This document shows positions 58,148-64,000 of a stretch of DNA of 64,000 nt, one piece after another. The number at the start of each line of letters is the position of its first letter. Position 1 is the stretch's first letter. A model generated the notes under the pieces. It was given only the letters and a program-made list of their open reading frames with translations, was not told the DNA's origin and made no database searches. This stretch comes from Phycisphaerales bacterium (GTDB lineage: Bacteria > Planctomycetota > Phycisphaerae > Sedimentisphaerales > Anaerobacaceae), in assembly GCA_020352515.1 (NCBI GenBank), contig CP070678.1:2345591-2409590 (forward strand), in the 5' to 3' direction. Made by a program: the position numbers and the translations under genes.

Positions 58148-59767
58148 ATGACCAAATCTGATTTGCGCTTCGGACTTCCCTACTTGTTGCTGTCGACTAT
58201 TATGTGCTGCGGCGCGGCGCCGCTTTTGGCCGAAGCGGCCTATCTCTCGGCCGGCGGATATCACTTCGTCGCAATCAACGCCGGACGGATCATCGGCCTT
58301 GGTGATGGGACCTACGGGCAGCTTGGCCTGAATCCCGGCGATGTCCCCGCCAAGATCGCCGGTCTCTCCGGGATCACACAGGTTGCCGCGGGCGGCTTTA
58401 GCACGATCGCGCTCAAGTCCGACGGCACGGTGTGGCTTTTCGGTGAGAGCACCCTGCAGCACACTACACCTCACGGGACTCCAAATGCCGGCGCCGGCAT
58501 CGTCCAGATCGCAGGCCTCAGCGGCATCGATGCCGTCGCGGCCGGACATCGTCACTTTCTTGCGCTCGACCGTGAAACCGGCCGGCTCTTCGCATGGGGC
58601 CACAACGGGAGCGGACAGCTTGGCGATAGGAGCTTCCGGGACAGCGGGTCACCAGCGCTCGTTCTGACCGGGGTAGCTTCGATGGCGGCCGGACACGGAT
58701 TCTCACTCGCCGTCAGAACCGACGCCACGGTGTGGAGCTGGGGATGCAACGCGCACGGCCAGCTTGGTCTCGGAGACACGGCGGATCGATCGATCCCAAC
58801 CATTGTTCCCGGCGTCTCGGGCGCTGTCGCGACCGCGGCGGGCGGCCACCATGCCCTCATTCTTCTGGCTAACGGGTCGGTGCTCGCTACCGGAGACAAC
58901 ACCTTCGGACAACTTGGCCTCGGCGCGACCGGCTCGGCCACCACTCCCACCGCAGTGGCCGGACTCAGCGGCATCACCGCGATCTCGGCCGGCTGCCATC
59001 ACTCCGCCGCGCTCGGACCGGCCAGCCAGGTCTTGCTCTGGGGGCGGAACTTCGAAGGCCAGTGCGGGGGCGGCAACACTTCGCCGGTCAACTACCGGTC
59101 ACCGCAAACAGTCACGCTGCCCGCCCCGGTCAATGCCCTTGCCTGTGGATACCACTTCACCATCTTTGAACTCGCCGACGGGGCGGTCTGGGGAACCGGC
59201 AGCAATTCGGACGGGCAACTTGACGGGATCTCGCTCGCCGGTCCGGATGACAGCCAAAGAATCCTCACTCCGCAAGGCGTCCCCGTCGTCTTAGATCCGA
59301 CCCTTCCTTCCGTCGATGCCGGGATAGATATGGTTACATGGTCCGGTCAACCTGTACAGCTGGCTCCGACCGTTGTCAATAACTCCGATCCGCCCACCGA
59401 CTTGATTTATGCCTGGAGCGCGGACGCTCCTGCCGCCGGCGCTGTTGTTGAGTTCGATCCTGTCGATCCTGTCGCTGCTAACGATCCAACTCCAACGGTT
59501 ACGATTACCAAACCTGCCGACGGTGCTTTGGTTACCGTTACGTTGACACTTGCAGTTAATAATGCAGGAAGGGTCGAGCCGCCTGAAACGGACACCATGA
59601 CGATTGACGTATATGACGATGGCTGTCTGGCGGCCGTTGACCTCGGTCTGGCAGTGCTCGATCCAACCGACATTGACGGGAATTGTATTACAGCGTTTGA
59701 AGACTTTGCTCTGATGGCCATGACATGGCTCGATGATTATGCGCTAACAGAACCGCTTGCCAAATAG
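58148..59767 (+). CDS. Secreted RCC1-repeat (seven-bladed propeller) protein with a PKD-like region and a C-terminal dockerin-like loop
   Basis: The ATG lies 1 nt after the sulfatase stop codon. There are about seven repeats ending in G-Q-L-G/-like motifs (YGQLGLN, GSGQLGDR, AHGQLGLGD, TFGQLGLGA, FEGQCGGG, SDGQLDG). The tail reads DIDGNCITAFEDFALMAMTWLDDYAL. Confidence 0.8.
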   Translation: MTKSDLRFGLPYLLLSTIMCCGAAPLLAEAAYLSAGGYHFVAINAGRIIGLGDGTYGQLGLNPGDVPAKIAGLSGITQVAAGGFSTIALKSDGTVWLFGESTLQHTTPHGTPNAGAGIVQIAGLSGIDAVAAGHRHFLALDRETGRLFAWGHNGSGQLGDRSFRDSGSPALVLTGVASMAAGHGFSLAVRTDATVWSWGCNAHGQLGLGDTADRSIPTIVPGVSGAVATAAGGHHALILLANGSVLATGDNTFGQLGLGATGSATTPTAVAGLSGITAISAGCHHSAALGPASQVLLWGRNFEGQCGGGNTSPVNYRSPQTVTLPAPVNALACGYHFTIFELADGAVWGTGSNSDGQLDGISLAGPDDSQRILTPQGVPVVLDPTLPSVDAGIDMVTWSGQPVQLAPTVVNNSDPPTDLIYAWSADAPAAGAVVEFDPVDPVAANDPTPTVTITKPADGALVTVTLTLAVNNAGRVEPPETDTMTIDVYDDGCLAAVDLGLAVLDPTDIDGNCITAFEDFALMAMTWLDDYALTEPLAK

Positions 59768-59940
59768 TCATGGTTATCACAGGTTGCCAAATGATGCGGT
59801 TACGGCGTATCCGGCACGGGGGATTGCCTCAGGCGCCCGACAAGGTTTTGCCCCTTTGAGATTTCAATGGAGAATACCAGGTTGCAACAAAAGCCCGTAT
59901 TTCGGCATCATTGACAATATGGCGTGTAGGAGCACCGGCC

Positions 59941-60087
59941 ATGAAGTCAGATGCAGAATCCGAAATGCGGAGGATTGTTATGGACGAACCAGGAGGCTTT
60001 ACATTGATAGAGCTTCCGGTGGTTATCGCGATCATCGCATTATTGACGGCTATCCTGTTGCCGTCGTTGCAGAGGGCCAAGCATTAG
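59941..60087 (+). pseudogene. Truncated prepilin-type N-terminal methylation-domain gene (48 codons)
   Basis: This ORF is below the track's length cut-off. It reads MKSDAESEMRRIVMDEPGGFTLIELPVVIAIIALLTAILLPSLQRAKH, then TAG. The full-length paralogues continue for ~190 more aa, and nothing recognisable follows here. Confidence 0.55.
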
Positions 60088-60505
60088 GCTCGCCGGAGAG
60101 TGCGTCCTTGAGGTCGCCGATGGGCGTAAAGGTGTTCCGCGGTCGCGGCTGATCTTCAGCCGGTGCCGGGAGGAGGCGTAGATTACGTTGGCATCGGCGG
60201 GGCGAAAGCCCGGCCGGCGTTGGGTTTCGGTTCGCAACTCGGCCCGGTGAATCATCCGTCAGCTTCGCCCGCCATCCTCGGAGATACACGCGGCCCTCAT
60301 GTCGCAGTTGAGCATCATGAGATTCGGGTCGGTCAGCGAAATCGTCGGATTGAACATTCCGCCTCCACCGGAAAGGTCCACCGGCTCCCATCGTGGACTT
60401 CGGGTTGCGGATCTCGAATGACTGACCCGCTCGACCCACAGGCAGCAATCAGCATAAGCGCCGGCAGGCCAAGGAAGTTCACCAGTGAGATGAATTCGCA
60501 GGCTC

Positions 60506-61507
60506 TCATATATGCTCCCGCATGATCCGCACGTAGTCCCGGCATATATCTCTCATGTCGGGATCCCCGGGATGACGGTCCTGCTCGATGGAGGCAAAGC
60601 CGTTGAAGCCGACGTGCTTTAGGGCGGTGACAATCGCGCCTATGTCCATCACGCCCCGGCCGAACGCCGGGAACTGCCGCATCAGGCCGTCGATATCGCG
60701 CATGTGCACGTTCATCAGGCGCCTGCCCACTTTATGGATTGCCACCGCAGGGTATTCCCGCTGCAGGAGCGTCCAGCCCACGTCGATGTTGTAACCCAGG
60801 TCGTCGTCGCGAACCTGGTCCCACAGCCTCAGGAACGACGCGGCATCCGGGATCAAACAGTGCGTGTGCTGCTCGATGGAGAACTTCAGGCCGTGGGCTT
60901 TTGCCCGTGACAGGCAGGCTCTTGTAGTCTCCACGTAGGCGTCCCACACGCGGTCCCAGTCGAACCCTTGGGCGATATCGATGTGATACTTCTGGCCCGG
61001 CCTGGGATTGGTGATCTCGTAGTAGCGTGGCAGATACCCGGTCGGCCCTTTCAGTTCGCGAGCCCAGGGAGCTACGATATTGATGATGGGCGCCCCCAGC
61101 TTCCTGCCGATTCGGCAGCCCGCCTCGAAGTTGGCCAGTGCCTGCTCGCGAGCGACCCGATTCGTGCTTGACAAATCTTCAACCACCGGCTGGAAAAGTA
61201 CGAACTGCGAGACAAGTAATCTATTCTTCCGCAGCTTTTGGTTGAGCCGCTCGATTTTGGCGTCTGTCCAAAACTCCTTGAGGTCCCTGCTCGCCGAGAC
61301 GATCAGCTCGACGCCCTCGAAGCCCAGCTCACCGATGATGTCCAGACCCGGCTCAGGGTCGGCGCCGGGGCTAAGACTGTGAAAGCACCAGCTCAGGCAG
61401 CCGACTTTGGGCCTGCCCTGGGCGCGCGACTGCGGTTGTGCCGCCGCCGTCAACGGCAGCGCGGATGTCGCCAGCGCGACATTTTGAAGGAATTGACGCC
61501 GATTCAT
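60506..61507 (-). CDS. Tat-exported sugar-phosphate isomerase/epimerase (xylose-isomerase-like TIM barrel)
   Basis: The start is moved to the ATG at 61507, giving MNRRQFLQNVALATSALPLTAAA, a twin-arginine signal. ELGFEGVEL, IEQHTH and HMRD are typical TIM-barrel metal-site strands of this family. Confidence 0.8.
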   Translation of the reverse strand: MNRRQFLQNVALATSALPLTAAAQPQSRAQGRPKVGCLSWCFHSLSPGADPEPGLDIIGELGFEGVELIVSASRDLKEFWTDAKIERLNQKLRKNRLLVSQFVLFQPVVEDLSSTNRVAREQALANFEAGCRIGRKLGAPIINIVAPWARELKGPTGYLPRYYEITNPRPGQKYHIDIAQGFDWDRVWDAYVETTRACLSRAKAHGLKFSIEQHTHCLIPDAASFLRLWDQVRDDDLGYNIDVGWTLLQREYPAVAIHKVGRRLMNVHMRDIDGLMRQFPAFGRGVMDIGAIVTALKHVGFNGFASIEQDRHPGDPDMRDICRDYVRIMREHI

Positions 61508-61669
61508 GATTCTACTTTGCCTCCAAGGATGAGTGAGTTTTTGTTTATCACTGCATTCATATACGTGTTTGTCATGATGTGTCGGAAACAAGCCTTGAAG
61601 CATCATCCCACACCCTTGACCGCAGTGCAACCATTATCGTTCAACCATTCTGTTACACGCCGTTACCGA

Positions 61670-61698
61670 TTGACAGCCGATTTGCGGGCGTGTACCTT
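61670..61698 (+). promoter_or_regulatory. Candidate promoter for the beta-helix gene
   Basis: TTGACA (61670-75), a 17-nt spacer, then TACCTT (61693-98). Pattern only. Confidence 0.25.
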
Positions 61699-61762
61699 AA
61701 TAATCCGCACCGATAAGTTATGTGCACGACCAAGGTCCTCTGCTGCAGGGAGCCGTAGCTAT

Positions 61763-63229
61763 ATGAGACATCGAACACTTATCTGCATCGTTATAATCCA
61801 AAGCTTTCTTTGCGCTGCCGCGCTGGCTGGCGTCGGGCAGTACGGCGCCACGCTGGCTCCGAATATGCCTGCCGGGGCCGTCGTCGTTCCTGTTGAGGAG
61901 GGCGCCCTCGCAAAGGCAATCGGCTCTCACGGCGCCGACACAGTCTTCTATTTGAAAGCCGGCGTCCACACCGGCAACGGCGAAATGCGACCGAAGACCG
62001 GGTCGGTGTTCATAGGTGAGGCGGGGGCAATCCTCGACGGTGAGAATACCACGGCCAAGTGTTTCGTCCACGATGTTGGCGTGGTTCCGTATACGGGTTC
62101 CGCGCCGCGATATGTGGTCACTTTGCGGAATCTCGTGGTCAGGCACTACTCTTCGGCCGATCAGGAATGCGCGGTCATGGTGCACGACTCGGGCCAGGGT
62201 TGGCCGCGTGTGCTGTCAGATCCTGGTGATCGCAATGGCTGGCTGATCGAGCACTGCACGTTCACCTCGAACCGGGCGGGCGGGGCGTATCTCGGGTCGG
62301 CTTCGACGGCTCGCAACTGCCTCTTTGCGGATAACGGCCAGATCGGGGTCAAGGCCTGTGGGCGCAATGTGCAGCTTCTGAATTGCCGCTCTACGCGCAA
62401 CAACGTGGATCGTAAATTCAACTACATGTGGGAGGCCGGCGGAACCAAGTTCTGGGGAGTGAAAGATATGCTCGTCGACGGCGGCGAATACGACCACAAC
62501 GGCGGTTTTGGGCTGTGGTTCGATTACGTGTGGGACGGAAACGTCGTTAAGAATGCGAGCTTCCACCACAACCTGCGGCCCGGGCTCTCGATCGAGATGG
62601 CGGCGGGCGTTGAGGTCACCGGCTGTACGTTCAGCAACGACGATCTTGACGGACTCAGCGGCAAGATTCCCCCAGCATTTCGACCCTGGGATAAGTCGCC
62701 AAAGTCCGGCCCTGATTTGTGGAGTGGCGAAATCATGCTCTTCAACGGATGCGCTGTCGGAACATACACCGATCCGGCCACAAAGATCTCACACTCTTTC
62801 TCCTCCAAAACATGGATACACGGCAACACCATTATCGATGGCGGCGGCGGAATCTTGTGCCAGTATCAGGATCGAGGCGGCGTCGATCCCAGAAACCAGG
62901 TGAAGGGGAGCAAAAACGGTCCGACGGCTGGACTCGTCGGGATCGTGATTGAAGATAATACGATTTCCTGCAACGCCGGTTGCGCGGCTATCATTACGAC
63001 GCTCCCGAATCGCGATTACAAGGACGCCTCCGGGTCATGGGGGCCGATCCCGGCGGCCCAGGCGGAGGCTCAGTATCATGGCCCCATCTTCCGCCGCAAC
63101 CGCTACTCGGGAGGCGTCATCTTCCGCGTACCCAAGGCAGCCTTGACGGGTGGCAGCACCGACATTTGGCAATGGAATGCCCGTGTGGATATCGACCTGG
63201 CGAAATGGCAATCATTAGGGAAGCTCTGA
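61763..63229 (+). CDS. Secreted right-handed parallel beta-helix repeat protein (polysaccharide lyase/hydrolase-like fold)
   Basis: The track ORF starts at 61238, inside the divergent gene. The in-frame ATG at 61763 gives MRHRTLICIVIIQSFLCAAALAG, a signal peptide. Repeated ~22-aa coils (IEHCTFTSNRAGG, NCLFADNGQIG, LLNCRSTRNN, VKNASFHHN, VTGCTFSND) indicate a beta-helix. Confidence 0.7.
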   Translation: MRHRTLICIVIIQSFLCAAALAGVGQYGATLAPNMPAGAVVVPVEEGALAKAIGSHGADTVFYLKAGVHTGNGEMRPKTGSVFIGEAGAILDGENTTAKCFVHDVGVVPYTGSAPRYVVTLRNLVVRHYSSADQECAVMVHDSGQGWPRVLSDPGDRNGWLIEHCTFTSNRAGGAYLGSASTARNCLFADNGQIGVKACGRNVQLLNCRSTRNNVDRKFNYMWEAGGTKFWGVKDMLVDGGEYDHNGGFGLWFDYVWDGNVVKNASFHHNLRPGLSIEMAAGVEVTGCTFSNDDLDGLSGKIPPAFRPWDKSPKSGPDLWSGEIMLFNGCAVGTYTDPATKISHSFSSKTWIHGNTIIDGGGGILCQYQDRGGVDPRNQVKGSKNGPTAGLVGIVIEDNTISCNAGCAAIITTLPNRDYKDASGSWGPIPAAQAEAQYHGPIFRRNRYSGGVIFRVPKAALTGGSTDIWQWNARVDIDLAKWQSLGKL

Positions 63230-63567
63230 CGGCCGGGCGTGATGCCGCCGCGGAAGCTGTCGTGAGCCTGACCAGACAAACAGCGGCAGCCCCGGCGGCC
63301 TATGCCGTCAAGATCAACAAACAGGTATCTGGCACAGGCCACTTCCTTGCCCCCGGTCCCGCCCCAGAGGCAGCGCCGGTTGGCTCCCACATATATGTGC
63401 TGGCCGCGGCGATTTTCGTGGAGCAGAGAACGACCAGCTTCGGCAAGCCTGTCCGCCCGATGCCGGCTACTGCGTCCACAAGGTAGACGCCGCACCTCAA
63501 CGATATCCTTGGGCTTAAACACACACCCGGCGAAGGAGGCCGCTGCCGCGCGGGCAGTGGCTGTCAT
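63103..63567 (-). pseudogene. Primase-like (RepB/prim-pol-type N-terminus) relic
   Basis: FKPKDIVEVRRL...RRGQHIYVGANRR...KEVACARYLFVDLDGI resembles the N-terminal motif block of plasmid/phage primases as I recall it. Similarity ends near 63290, and the ORF then overlaps the convergent beta-helix gene by 127 nt. Confidence 0.3.
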
Positions 63568-64000
63568 AATCCTGCAGCTTCTACTGTCTGCAAATCGCAC
63601 TCAGACACCTGCTTGACAGCAGGCTCATCAACAGCCCGCTCGCTCACCCGAGTCTTGCCAGCCAGTCTGTCTTTGATTTCTCTCATAGGTCAATCACCCC
63701 CTGTAAGGGATGGAGGCCTGAGCGAGCCATCTACCTTCAAAGCAATAAAACCAAGCGGTCGAAGACCGCAAGGGAGAATGAGTGAGCCAAGGTAAACGAA
63801 AGAAGGTGATTATGGACTAAGAAATCAGCGCAGGCGGCAAAAGGACGAAGCCCTGACCCGGCCGCTGAGGGCCCTGGTTTTGATTTGCGGGGTAAAGGAC
63901 GTCTTCCTATCTGAGAACCGGCAGGCCGTATGGCGAGAAACAGAGCCATTGCGCGAAGGTCTTTCCAAAGCCGCTGCAGCCTTTTTGGATCGCGGTTGTC

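Noticed and set aside
60333-60509. A 58-codon minus-strand ORF (MRACEFISLVNFLGLPALMLIAACGSS…) whose ATG overlaps the TGA of the TIM-barrel gene (ATGA), with a lipobox-like LIAAC
   Set aside because: The coupling is suggestive, but the n-region is poor. The region (59768-60505) otherwise looks like decayed prepilin/DUF1559-type DNA; another minus frame reads …NLMMLNCDMRAACISEDG, faintly like a DUF1559 C-terminus. This is too weak to call a gene.

Overview
GC-rich bacterial window with a PVC-superphylum flavour (Planctomycetota, Lentisphaerota or Kiritimatiellota-like). This is inferred from prepilin-type H-X9-DG proteins, PEP-CTERM tails, Tat-exported TIM-barrel enzymes and many giant exoproteins; no rRNA or tRNA marker is present to confirm it. 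I found no RNA genes and no CRISPR array. The content runs as follows. (1) 1-6416, minus strand: a tightly packed acid-sugar operon (MFS permease, DUF1537 four-carbon acid-sugar kinase, cyclase-family hydrolase, tartrate-dehydrogenase-like enzyme). It is translationally coupled to a DUF5060 glycoside-hydrolase-like exoprotein, with a second, longer paralogue upstream. (2) 10.3-31.6 kb: an exoprotein island with two paralogous proteins of an uncharacterised domain, a prepilin-like protein, two giant CotH/lamin-tail proteins (1216 and 2259 aa) and a 1905-aa subtilase. (3) 32.3-42.9 kb, minus strand: another prepilin-like gene, two PQQ-type beta-propeller proteins (one fused to an exported SAM-methyltransferase domain) and three tandem LamG paralogues. 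(4) 43-44 kb: a decayed IS110-type transposase interrupted by an IS3/IS407-like end. (5) 44-51.6 kb: plant-glycan debranching genes (GH106-like, GH43, GH62, a damaged CE1 esterase). (6) 52-55.6 kb: a 1216-aa ECF sigma factor fused to transmembrane and HEAT-repeat domains and bracketed by IS relics. (7) A sulfatase-RCC1 operon, a Tat-exported TIM-barrel enzyme, a beta-helix protein and a primase-like relic. A short dockerin-like calcium-loop tag recurs on nine of the exoproteins. All family assignments come from motif recognition by eye; no searches were run.
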